Source of the DNA: Nemertoderma westbladi
Lineage: Eukaryota; Animalia; Xenacoelomorpha
Length of the DNA stretch: 64,000 bases
Reading direction: 5' to 3'
NCBI GenBank assembly: GCA_032718475.1
Contig: JAUCBJ010007204.1
Span: 62,001-126,000 of the forward strand
The translations under genes were made by a program, and so were the position numbers. Position 1 is the first letter of the stretch; each line of letters starts with the position of its first letter. Positions 23,801 to 36,066 of the stretch are shown here, piece by piece. A model generated the notes under the pieces. It had not been told where the DNA came from. It saw only the letters and a list, made by a program, of their open reading frames with translations, and made no database searches.

Positions 23801-26800
23801 ACAGGTTGCCAAGACCCCCCCTCAGTCTCCTAACAGAATGCACCGAAGAAAACCCGAAGAAAAAACGAGAGTGCATCAAGTTACCCAAGGAAAAGTGAGT
23901 AAGATAAAACCTAACTGTGCGCTGTGCGACGGAACCCACCGTTTGAGTGCGTGTGCTGAATTTCTAAAGAAGTCCCTTGTAGACAGACGTGCAGTCGTAT
24001 GGGACAAGCGGTTATGCTATAATTGCCTCAGACCAGGACACCAACGGCGAACCTGTTACTCCGACATAAAGTGTGCAAAGTGTGGCGCGAAACATCACAT
24101 CTTGTTACACAGTGAGTTCGAACGAGACAAACAGAGTCAGGTAAGTGAGCCCGAACTACATGTCCAATTCAGTGATGTAAATGACACTGATCAGGAGTCT
24201 GAGATGGAAGGATTCTATACTGACGAATTCTCCGACGCCAACGAATCCTGTTATCTAATCAATACCGCAGTGTATCGAGCACTTACTTATGAAAAGGACA
24301 CCAACAATGAGTTTCCCCCAACTACTTTTGCCAAACAACCATCTTGGAAAGCTCCAACTTCCAACGTAGGAATCAGAGAATTTCCTGTAGTGCAGGTAAG
24401 AGTTCACGGTCTTAACAAAAGTTACATAGTGAACGCCCTCCTTGACTCCGGCAGCACAGGAACATTCATCGATCAAGAATTAGCCGAAGATATCTTTGCT
24501 GGACAACCCAAATTCCGGACTAAATTGAATATGTCAGGAATTATGCAGGTTTGGAAATCTACCTTAACGGCAGATTACTATGTAGGTGTGTTGTCCACCC
24601 CCCAGGATAAGTTAGGAGCACAAGGTATAAGGTCGGTAAAAATGGTGGCTATAAAGAACTTCGCTACCACTCAAGCAGACCTTTATAATTGGGACGAGGA
24701 TGAGAGCATCCAACATCTTAAGATACCTCGATTCCAGACAGATTATCCTGGAGTGCAAATACTCATCGGCCAAAACACGCACGAGGCGCTCGAAACATTA
24801 GAGAAACGGCCTGCTCAACCGCAGCCACTGCAAACCTATGCGGTAAGAACTAGAGTAGGTTGGTACTTTACTGGCCCTTCCCGCAGGACTCTCGAAGAGA
24901 GAATGCCACAAGAACAAACATACCAAGTACACGATTGGGAAGTGGAGAGCAGTGAGGTGGACGAACTAACTGAGGGAACACCATACTCCTCAGATAATGA
25001 CGACATCTACCAACTCTTCGATGAAGAGAACACCATCGACCTACTTACAGAAAACCAAACTTGGAAAAGTCAGGTGAACCTATGTCAACTGATTCACCCA
25101 TCGGAACCCATCGCTTACAATGATGAACTAAACGATGAGATAGAGCGCTACAACGCTAGAACTCGGGACGAACTAGCCGTACGATTCTTTACTCAGGAAC
25201 TGGTAGAGCCCAATTCATATGATAAGGCTCTATCGATAGAAGAAGAAAGAGCCAAGCAAATCCAGGAAACAACTACACGTTTTTTAAAGGACCAAGGTAG
25301 GTATGAAATCGGCCTACCATTTCGAAAACGAGAACCTAGATTTATAAATAACAGACCCTTGGCAGAAAAAAGAATCGCTCAATTATATCGACGCCTTACA
25401 GCTAATGCTTCAGCGAAAGAAATGTACCAAACTCAGCTGAAGAAATTTATAACAAAGGGATACGCGGAGAGAGTACCGGAAGGAACACCAGTGACTGAGA
25501 GAACGTATTATTTAACACATCATTACGTTCCCAAACCCGGTAAACCCCATGAAGTACGAGTCGTATTTGATGGCTCTGCTCTATATATGGGCCAATCCCT
25601 CAATTCCGAGTTGTTACCAGGACCCAACTTACTCCAATCTTTGTTGGGAATACTATTAAGATTAAGACAATATTCCATCGCGTTCGCCTCTGATATAGAA
25701 GGAATGTTCTTACAAGTCAAGGCGCTGGATAGAGATAGAGACAGCCTGAGATTTCTGTGGTGGCCTGAAGGAGACCTCAACCAGAAACCGGTAGAGTACT
25801 GGATGACCATCCAGGCTTTTGGGATCATATCAAGCCCTTCCAACGCCTGCTCCGTGGTGCGAACCACTGCGAATGACAACCGAGACTCCTTCTCCAAAGA
25901 AGTGATAGACAACATAAAACGCAATATATACATGGACGACAATTTAAGGTCCCTTCCATCAGTAGAAGAAGCCATAGCTGTCGCGAAAGGGACGGTAGAG
26001 TGTTTGAAAAGAGGTGGATTTCGACTGACGAAATTCACTAGCAACTCCCGTGAGTTTCTGGAAGCCATACCGGTAGAAGACCGAGGAACGAAAGACCTAG
26101 ACTTAATAAAAGACGATCTTCCTGAAACCAAGACGCTAGGCTTGAAGTGGGACACTGAAAGAGACATCCTGTTTTTTCAGTTAAAACAGCGAGATAATCC
26201 AGTTCGGACCAAACGGATTTGTTTAAGCATCCTGAGCAATTATTTCGACCCATTGGGATTTATTAGCCCAGTTATATTGATTGCTCGGAGTTTAGTACAA
26301 CAGATGTGGCTTGAAAACCACTCATGGGACGATCCGCTTAAGGGAGAATTGTTAAAGAGATGGATGAAGTGGGAAGATTCTCTACCTGCCATCGAGAACT
26401 TTATAATTTCCCGTGCATATTTTGGCCATGTTCTTCCTACGTATTCCTATCAACTCCATGTGTTTGGAGACGCCAGCGACATGGGAATAGGTATAGTAGC
26501 ATATCTGCGAGTCGAAACTCCGGATGGAATCAAAGTCGCCTTGGTTACCTCTAAGGCATTGATTAACAACAAGCTAAAGGTTCCTCGAGCGGAGTTAAAG
26601 GCGGCTTTATACGCTACAGCCATCAGCCGGAACGTAACGGAACAAATCGACTATCCACTGGAGAAAACGGTTTATTGGACCGACGCTTTACTCGTGTTGG
26701 AGTATCTCACCAATGAAGTCTGTCAGTTTAGCGTTTTTGTTACTAACCGAGTAGCTATTATTCTTAGTCGCACAAAGATAGATCAATGGAGACATTGCCC

Positions 26801-28814
26801 TGGTACGATTAATCCAGCCGATATCGCCTCCAGGGGAGCAACTCCACAGGAACTGATAGATACTCCAGATTGGTTGGGTGGACCCGACTTCCTGAGCAAG
26901 GAAGAGGATGAATGGCCTCCTCACCTTACTACGGCAGAGATTAGACAAGCCAAGGGAGCGGAGACAGTCAAACCTAAAACCCGGGCGAGTAAATCGAAGT
27001 TATTTAAACCGACTATCGATCTATCTGTATTACATACTTCCGGGAATGATGCTTCGGATCCACAATCCCTCAACACAAATAAGTCTGTTGTGGAAATTAG
27101 AGATAAAGATTGGAAATCTGGAATACCAGACGTCTCGCAAGGAATCTCACCCATGCTGCAGAGAGCAATGCATCATTACAGTTCCTGGAATCGGCTCTGT
27201 AAAGCCGTCACATATTTAAGACGATGTTTTCATCATCACTACTCCAGGACGAAGACCACTAGTGATCACGCTCCATTGACATCTGCACAAGTTCATGTTA
27301 TTAAGAATTTACCCAAATATAAGATATCTGATCGTTTTCTAAAAGAGAAAATTAGTCACCAGGAGCATGAAGAAACAAATAAGCAGATACTGAGACTCCT
27401 GCAATGCTATGAGGATTCCGAAAAGTACTTCCTGTTGTTGAGAAATCCGCAGATGCGCTTAAGGGATCGATTCTCGAGCACAATGATAGATGGGTTAATA
27501 CGTGTTGGAGGAAGACTCACCAACGCGCCCTTATCCTTTGACACCAAATTCCCCATACTTATTAGAAATCTTGAAGTACAAATCAAGATGATTGTAGACG
27601 TTCACGGTAAACTTTATCATGCTGGTAGAGAACGAATTCTTAGCGAAATTCGAACTCGCTATTATTTTGATAAACCCCGTAGAGCTCTGAACCAAGTTCT
27701 TAGGAACTGCATACCCTGTAGGAAAGCATTCAGTAGGCCTTTAACACAGCGAGAGGCAGAATTACCTAGGGAACGAGTAAGCTTCTATGAACCACCTTTT
27801 ACTAATACTGGTGTAGATTTATTTGGCCCTATTGAAGTATATCGTGCGAGGACTATAGTCAAGAGATGGTGTGTCATCTTCGTGTGCATGACCTGTAGAG
27901 CCATCCATCTCGATATGGTGAACGATCTATCTACTAACAGCTTCGTCTTAAGTTTACGACGACAGATCGCTCGCTTCGGGACGAGTAATACCATGAGATC
28001 GGATAAAGGAACGAACTTCATAGGTGCCAACAACGAGATACAGGCTTACGTGAAGGACTGGAACCAAAGACAGGTGGACGACCAGCTAAGGATAACAGCG
28101 TCTAGCTGGACCTTCAACGCTGCCGACGCCCCTTGGTGGGGAGGAAGTTGGGAGAGATTAATTCGAAGTGTCAAAACCGCATTTCACTTTATAGTGCCAT
28201 GCCGCGCGTATCTCACCGAAGAACTTTTGCGGACGTTAATGGAGGAAATCGCTGCCTATCTCAACGAGAGACCGCTTATGCCAGTCTCATCGAGTCCCGA
28301 TTCCCTGGAAGCGCTAACACCCGCGCACTTCCTACTGAAGAAACCTGTAGCCATGCTCCCACGATCGGAGATTGCCGACGGAGACGAATACTGCCGTCGA
28401 ACTTGGCAACTTATGCAGTTGCTATCCCGTCGTTTCGCTGACCATTTCGAGAAACATTATCTGCCCACGCTACAACTTCGAACTAAGTGGTTTGCGCAGC
28501 AAGAAAACGTCAGCGCCGGAGATATGGTGCTTATTGTAGATCCAGACCTCCCACGTAAACGGTGGCAGACAGGTCGTATCATCGAGACACACATTTCAGA
28601 TGATGGTTTAGTACGCTCGGTAGAACTCATCGTCATGCGGCGTAACTTCAAGAAGCCAGGCATCATCTTTGAGACGCAACAACTCAATCGCCCAGTTGGT
28701 CGTTTATGTTTACTGGAAAGAGACAGAGAACTCTCCGGGAACTATGGAAGGCAAGACACTCTTCCCACGACCACCTCCCTAATTCCTCAAACATCTAGGG
28801 ACTCCCTAACGTGA
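20827..28814 (+). pseudogene. BEL/Pao gag-pol of copy A (stop at 21085, frameshift near 21430, then 2464 aa open)
   Basis: Gag KFNGD..W..F; triple knuckle CALCDGTH..C / CYNCLRPGH..C / CAKCGAKHH; protease LLDSGS; RT RVVFDGS, YMDD; Pao RNase H VFGDAS, WTDA, NPADIASRG; integrase GVDLFGP, SDKGTNF, PWWGGSWER. Copy B is open across the 5' lesions. Confidence 0.95.
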
Positions 28815-30440
28815 TACGTCTGGAGTGGGTGTATGACTATATTGTTTTATCTATTTTGTTATATTTTTATATGCGAACTTTATTATGTACTTTATTATAA
28901 TCGTTTTTATTCAATTTTTATTTAGTAGAATGTTATTTTAGTGATTATTTAGTAGATTAGTGCAATATATTAGTGTTTATTACGTACGTAATTACTTATA
29001 ATATATATTTAGTACGACGGCGAGAAATAATTTTTTCTCTTTCCTTACTGTCCGTATCATATTATAAATACGTGACTACAGTAAGATGAAATGTCCGTAC
29101 TTCTTAAAGTACAATAAAGCCACTACTATATTCAAGTATTATTGGTAGGCAGAGTATTAGGAATGCAAAGTTCAGATCCTCGTGTCTCGGCTAAGCCAAG
29201 CTCTGGGTAGACCTTGGAAACGACTTGCCTCTTCACACTGACATTGCTTCGTGCGATATTGCTCTTCTACCTTATATTAAATAATACATATAGTAGCGTG
29301 ATGTCCCTCTAGCAGTAGCGTAAAACGCAAATAAATCTGTTAAACCTTTTGACCATCTGTAATTCTAGTCGATTAAGATATCGCGGCACCCACCGATATA
29401 CTTGAAAGACAAATTCTAGAATCAATGGTTAACGTCCCCAGACAAGTTCTGGAATAAATCGGTGCCCATCTTAAATATTAATTTAATATTTGTTAAAATC
29501 AGTAAAATTCAGATCTGTTAACAATTCTAGTCGATTAAGATATTGTAGCACTTCCCGATACTCTTAAAAGACAAATTTCATAGAATTAAGGATCCTATGT
29601 CCCCAGACCTGCTCTGGAATCAAATTGTGTCAATTTTAACATCAAATAATAAAATTCACGGGAATAAATTTAAATTCATATTTTTAAATGAATTTCATAA
29701 ATTGTCATTTTGTACAATTTATAACATTCCCAAAATTCCATTAATTAATAGATCATGGGAGCGGAGATTCATCCTGTTGAGTGTATTAGAGTGCGAGAAT
29801 CTCCAACATATAGTCAATAGCCGATAAAATTAACAAAATCATGCATAAAGAGGATATTGACAATTAAAGAATTATTATTAAATAGCATCCCAGATCTGTA
29901 TGCATGAGAATTACCCTAATTCTACCGCTAGCATTCCATAATGTCACCATAGCAACACCCACGCTAGAATTAGAAGCAAGTTAAAAGAACAATAGAAAGC
30001 TTGTCCCATTGCCTAGCATAGAGAATACATAGCACACTGTTAGTATCCAAGGATACACAGTAATAAAGTGACATTCTGGAAGGCACTGACTAACGGACAA
30101 ATGGCCTGTATGTGTGCAGTTGTTGACAGTTGTGTGGAATTTGTGCGTTTATAGGTGAATGTTACTACTAAAGTATGTTTACAGTAGCTAGTCGCAATTG
30201 TAAAAATAGCCCAACTCTCCTATAGAAAGAACCTAAGTGGATCCAAGCCTTTGGGACGGACAGTGGAGTGACTTGTGCCGGTTATCGTTGTCGTGCTGTT
30301 GCTACATGTTGGCGTAAACACCGCGACGACGGTAGATCGGCGCTGAGAATCCCACTGTCCGGGGGCAAAGAGAAGTAGGCAGCGACGCCCGCTCGCCTAA
30401 ATACAAACTTATTTGATATTAATAAACTCAGATAGCAGAT
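28815..30440 (+). other. Conserved, structured noncoding spacer between pol and ORF3
   Basis: Closely similar to 54320-55960 (minus). Many stem-loops, a duplicated ~165-bp module, and a GC-rich hairpin just 5' of the ORF3 ATG. Confidence 0.7.
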
Positions 30441-33400
30441 ATGACGGAGTTGATAGAAGATGATCTTGGTATTAGGGAGCGATATACTCTACCTTTACAA
30501 GCATTTGTGGATAGCTTAATACGCGGTGAAGCCGATCCAACCATTACGGAGGACGATGGTCGTTATATCGAACCGCCGATGTCCCAAGAGCAACTTGCGC
30601 GTGAATTGGACTATCGAAAATTCACCACTCGCTATACGAATCGTAATGGTACGTATATGGACTTCCTAACGACCGGCCATCCTATCGATTTACATGATAC
30701 GGACGATGTAGATACAGAAAGGGAAATGGTTCTATTTAAATATCATACCCAGCGGAATCGTAACGATAAACCGAGAATAGATCACGAAAATTCTATTCGT
30801 AATAGACTGGAAAGAGAAAACGTTGAAGAACCAGATAAACGCATCGACTTCAACGAATACTTAGAATTTTTGAGAGAAACCTATCTCAACGTCGCTAGTC
30901 AGCAAGCAGAACTTAGAGACTCGATATCCTCAAGGTATCCATCACGACCCTGTGGTAGAACTCAAACGGCTCTATTTCACTATGATGTATCTTACCGCCG
31001 ATCGTCCACTACCTGTTATCCCGGATAGTTTTGAACAAATGGAAGAATATTGCAAAACTGGAGAACGTTCACCTGCGTTTCCTCTACAGGACATACGTCT
31101 TTGGTATTATTGTGACGAATGCCCTAGACCCAACCAACAAACTGAAAGACACAAACATCCGCGGAGACATTGCGCTAAACATAGTTTTACGCGTTACACT
31201 TACGGGAGTTTCGAGCGAAACCTGTTCGACGTACCGCCCACGATCGCTCGTCTTAAACGATCACTGAATAAACCCATGATCAGAGTTCCGGAATACTCGG
31301 TCAGGCCTCCTCATTCCCTAGTGAGACCTCAAACTCTTGATCCTAACAGTATCACTGATCCTCCCGAACTATATTCCCTGTTCAAAGACTTAGTGTTACC
31401 CGAACAACTAATCGGTGGTGCTCCGGTAGTGGGTTCGTTAGACATCCGCCCATCCTACTTAGCCGGATTGGGACGCGGGCAACTAATATCGCCCTTTGAT
31501 CCTTACAATCGTCCAGGATTAAACCCGATACAACCCGCCACGGAAGTCGAGGAGAGCGTTATAAGAAACGCTTTAGACGCCATTCGACAGAAAATCGGAA
31601 AGGGAACACAAGATTGTTTAGAGAAACGTAAATTACAACAACAAGTCCAATCGGTGAAGGAGTTAGCCTTGCCACAGTTCGATAGAGAAATCCAAAACCT
31701 CGAGGAAGACATCGAGCTTGGACGCACGTATTCTCTACAAGAATTTTTAGATGAACGCTTACAGAGACAAGCGGAAGAAAATCTAATCGAAGAGAAACAC
31801 ACGAAACTGGAAGAAAGAGAAGAAGCCGCTTTAGCCCAACCTGAAGCTCAAATCCTCATGACGGACCTCTACTCTAAAACCGTTCGTCATCCCTCTATGA
31901 TTCCACATTTCGGAGACAAGCTCTTCGCGACGATACAACCTCAACCGGTTGATATCAGTACAGGATCGCAAAACCTTATCGCTGACGCCCCTATGTTACA
32001 GCGTCCGCCGATCGAGGCCGCTCGTGTTGACGGTATACTAGTTGAACCTCCGGACAATCGAGCGGATCTTGTCCGTCGTATGGTACACGATGTCAACATA
32101 CGCGCTAGACCTTTACAGAACTCGTTTTACGGGATTAAAGACCACCCTTATTACGTTAATCTGACTCAATATTATATGGTAAAACCAGAAGACCCGACAC
32201 ATGATTTAAAGTTTCTACCACTAATAAATCCTCTAGACATTGTCGAACTCGAACAATTGCAGAAACATCTGGATCAGTTAGTAAAGGTAAACTCATTTAG
32301 AAAACCATATAACATTTCTCGAATCGAGAAAGATATAGAACCTCCTTATAACCTCGATGGATTTATTAAAACTCGATTAGTCCATTGGAATCTAGATGTA
32401 TTATTTGAAGAAGAGAAAATACAAAGATATGGAACTGTGGAGACGTATACCACTCGGCATATGAAGTATAGTGATCTATCTCCCTGACGCTAACCAATGC
32501 GCCACCTTGTGGCATCCAGTAGGGATGACCCTAGAGAACGCCACCAAGGAGTGGAATGAAACTCTTAATGTTATTGAGATGTATGGAGTTGTCACCTACG
32601 ATAATGAAGGTAGCGTTCCGGTCGGAGAGCTAGGAACTACGCGCATGATCCACATCCGCGGATTAGCTGGTTCTACCCACGTGTTTACTCGAGCGTGTTC
32701 CGACTTGATTGATTATTCTTTTGAAACTCTCACCGAAACACAAAAGAATCTCCGACATGGACAATTCGAACTCGCGCAGCGTTACGTCATTGACACCGAA
32801 CGCAAACCGGCCATGGGCATCGATGGATCGATGTTACCCCAGCCCGTACTCGAGATGTTGTTCAACGAAAGAATCCTTAAAATCGGCTCAGCTGTTTATG
32901 GAGATCTCCAAAACGACTTTCGGAATATGGAGGACATTCCATACCCTTTCGTTGATACTCAGCTGATTGCTCCCTGGGCAGAAGGTCGAGGTTTCTTCCG
33001 CACCATGTATGCTAATACCTCTAGCAACATTACCAAGGTGCAACGAACTTCCATCGGACATCTTGCCTTTCAGGAATATGGATGGAATTTCAAAGTCGGA
33101 AATCCCATTAACTATCAACAGGTATACGGAGACCATTATTCTCGATTATACTTTGATGGACCATTGACCGCACCTGGCGCCGTGTATAGCTTCATGAGTG
33201 TTCCACTCCGTCCCTCCTTAGCTATATACACGATCTTTGAAAACACCGCACTTGCCGGTTGGCTAGCCGATGTGTGCAGTCGTACTATACGCGCCCATCC
33301 ATTAATACTTGGGACCAAACTCGCTAAGCTAGATGAACATAATAAATTCATCCGTTTCGAATGTTTCCGGAGATTTTTAACCCCGTTCCGCAACGTGGAT

Positions 33401-34702
33401 AGCCAATTTAAAGACCGCGCCTTGACCAAACTCAGCCTAAGAAACTCAGCTGCAGAGAAGTTGGATAGCGCTGGATTCGCCATTTTCAAAGAGATTTGTA
33501 TATTGAACTTGCACTCCTCTGTTATACAAAGACCTCGAATCCCCACCGGTTATTCTGTCATGGAAATTCAGACAATAGGTCCACCTGAAGAGACAGACGC
33601 GCCCACTTCAGCTATGCACTTGGAAGACGAACCAATATGTCTAGAATCCGAAGAGATTCAGCCTATCGCGCCCCGGAACAGTGATAACGATTACATCATA
33701 GAATGGTATCAAGGTCCACAGTGTCTCACTGCGTACGATTATCGACATGCCAACTATGTTTCTAGGCAACGTTGTCGGTTATGCGCATCGAGAGACCACG
33801 ATACGCCCATGGACACCAACGTCCGCTGTTCCTATTTCCAAGAACAACCGTCTATGGAAATTTATTGCGCATATTGCAGACTCAATAACCTGCATATCTT
33901 TGCGGTTTGCCCTCAATTTATGACTCAATGTCACCATTGTCAACTAAAGGGACATGCTAGTTTCGACTGCCCTTTTAATCACGATTTGGAAAGCGTAGAT
34001 GAAATGATCACACTGCGTTACATCAGAGCTTGAGAAGCGAACGCTGATTTACATTGTGATTCGCGCCATCGCTATTATCCCGGACGCGCTTACGAAGGAG
34101 TTTATGCGTTCCATCCTTATCTATTCGCTTCTGTTGAACAGAAATCACGCATATCAAGTTACGAGCTACTGAAGCGCGTCGGAGAATGTATTTCAACTAA
34201 ATTCGTACGCAAATTTCTCAGGAGTGTTAATCCTAGCGACCTTCATTCCTATAACTTAATCAATTATATCCGTCAGGATCCGGACTATGGAGACTTGTTT
34301 GTTAACTCACACCCCGAGTTGCAGGAAGTACATCGAAGGCCTTACGAATACCGAGCCCGCGAACGCGAGTTGGAAAGGACCATTAAACCCCGGAAGTTTC
34401 TAACTGCCTATGGTCCACCCACGGCCCTCGTTCAGACCACTCGTAAAGGACCCGTAAGAGCGGCTGTCTTGAAACGAGCTCTCAAAGCCGTTAGACCCCT
34501 CTCACCTGACGTTGATGTCAATCAACCCGGTACTTCGACTGGCGGATACACCGACCATAATCCTACACCCTCTGATGCAATCATATTGCACCCTTCACCC
34601 AGGAGTTATAGCCCTCCTTGTAAAGTGGCTCGCCCCAAAGAGAAAAGGACTCTGGCTAGCTTTAAAAAACTGCGTAAACGCCGTCCGCGCAAGAAAGACT
34701 AA
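30441..34702 (+). pseudogene. ORF3 of BEL copy A (~1400 aa): coiled coil, DEDDy-type 3'-5' exonuclease, CCHC zinc knuckles, basic NLS; 2 frameshifts and 1 stop
   Basis: ExoI VVTYDNEG; ExoII LPQPVLEMLFNE.ILKIGSAVYGDL; FVDTQLIA; RTSIGHLA..YGWNFK; ExoIII-like PLRPSLAIYTIFE; CAYC..H..C, CHHCQLKGH..C; KKLRKRRPRKKD. Copy B is open across the ~32480 frameshift and the 34031 stop. Confidence 0.75.
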
Positions 34703-34770
34703 CTGTTTAGAGTATTTACGTATATTAGAAACTGTGATTTTGTATATTTTATAGACTCAAATCCCATTTT

Positions 34771-34780
34771 CTGGGAGCGG
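34771..34780 (+). promoter_or_regulatory. Polypurine tract
   Basis: CTGGGAGCGG immediately before the 3' LTR TG. Identical in copy B (50827-50836, minus). Confidence 0.8.
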
Positions 34781-36066
34781 TGTAAAAGCTTCTGTGGGAT
34801 ATAACTGGCCCTTTTGCTTCGCAATCCAGTTTCCCCCCAGGCGCTGGAATACTCTAAAAGGGTTCTCTAACTGTATATATATTCCCCTCGCCCGCAAGGT
34901 ACCGTTACAGGTGTTTTAACGGACATAAAAGTCATTCTGCTATATACGTGTTTTAGCGGACATGGTAAGGCAAAAAACCTGCAATGCGACAAATACCTTT
35001 CACAGCTTAGCCGTGATGATTCATATTACGACATCTAACAGCTGGTTGCTGACATGGAAACAGCCATTGGACGCATGGTTCTTTGTTTGGCTTGAGCCAA
35101 TCAGAGCGATTTTTCCTGTCGACGTGTAGCTTTTCGGTCGATCATAAGGAGAGTGTTCAGTCTTACTGTTTTTTCTTGATACTTTGTTATTGCTATCTAG
35201 GCCAGGAACAACGGCTCTAGAGTCAATTCGTTTCATACTTTTAGAAGAAACATTAGTAGGCTTAAATTATAGAGCGTATGACTGTTATCAATGCACATCA
35301 ATTCAATTCATATCATAAATTAACAATTCACTTATCTTATTATACTTTGTTTGATACTTATCGGTTCAACATACATTATTATACTGCTATTCACTGTTGT
35401 GTTTTGGTTGAATATTATTTGGAGAACATATATAAAGAACCCAAATTTCCCAATTTTCTTGATACACTACAGGTTAGAGAGACGGGTTATATATAGCGAT
35501 TGCGACTTATATTATTGTGTATGTAGTGAATTTAATGCTATTTGATAAGCACTACATTGGTCCGTTGCTGTTCGCTTTATATATGATAAAATTCATTGAC
35601 GGTCGGCAAATTAGTGAGCAGTATTGTGTGTTACCGGTAGTGTGCATGATTGTGATTGATAACTAAGCATTTCCTAAAGAATGCGCCTCATACGTGAATC
35701 TTAAGCCTTACCGACTTACCGTTGTGATTAGTATAAGTCATATCTCTGTTTATTTAGATAGAGCGCCACGTCCTAAAGGAACTGTTAATATTTCCCGAAA
35801 GTGAATAATATTAGTCAGAAATTAATTATTAACGATCAATCGAATAATACAGTACAGTAAGCTTACACTGCAATAATAATCTAAGCCCTCAGAATCCAGT
35901 CTCCCGGGAATATCCAGCGGGTGAATGGACGCGCACTAGGCTGGCTTCTGCTAATGTTGTGTTTATTGGTATTAAATATTTGTCATCTTCTAAAGTATAT
36001 TTATAAACCAAAAGACATATAAATTTTGGCAGGTTAAACTGCTAAAGGTCTTCAAAAGCGCGTACA
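34781..36066 (+). repeat. 3' LTR of BEL copy A
   Basis: TGTAAAAGC...GCGCGTACA, near-identical to the 5' LTR. Confidence 0.95.

Larger units (their letters stand above)
9330..36066 (+). mobile_element. BEL/Pao LTR retrotransposon copy A (~18.8 kb without the nested LINE) with extra ORF3
   Basis: Two ~1.29-kb TG...CA LTRs, gag-PR-RT-RH-IN order with BEL motifs, PPT CTGGGAGCGG before the 3' LTR. Flanks do not form a TSD. Confidence 0.9.

Noticed and set aside
30441-34702. ORF3 as an envelope glycoprotein
   Set aside because: No signal peptide, TM helix or fusion-protein Cys pattern; it has exonuclease motifs, knuckles and an NLS.
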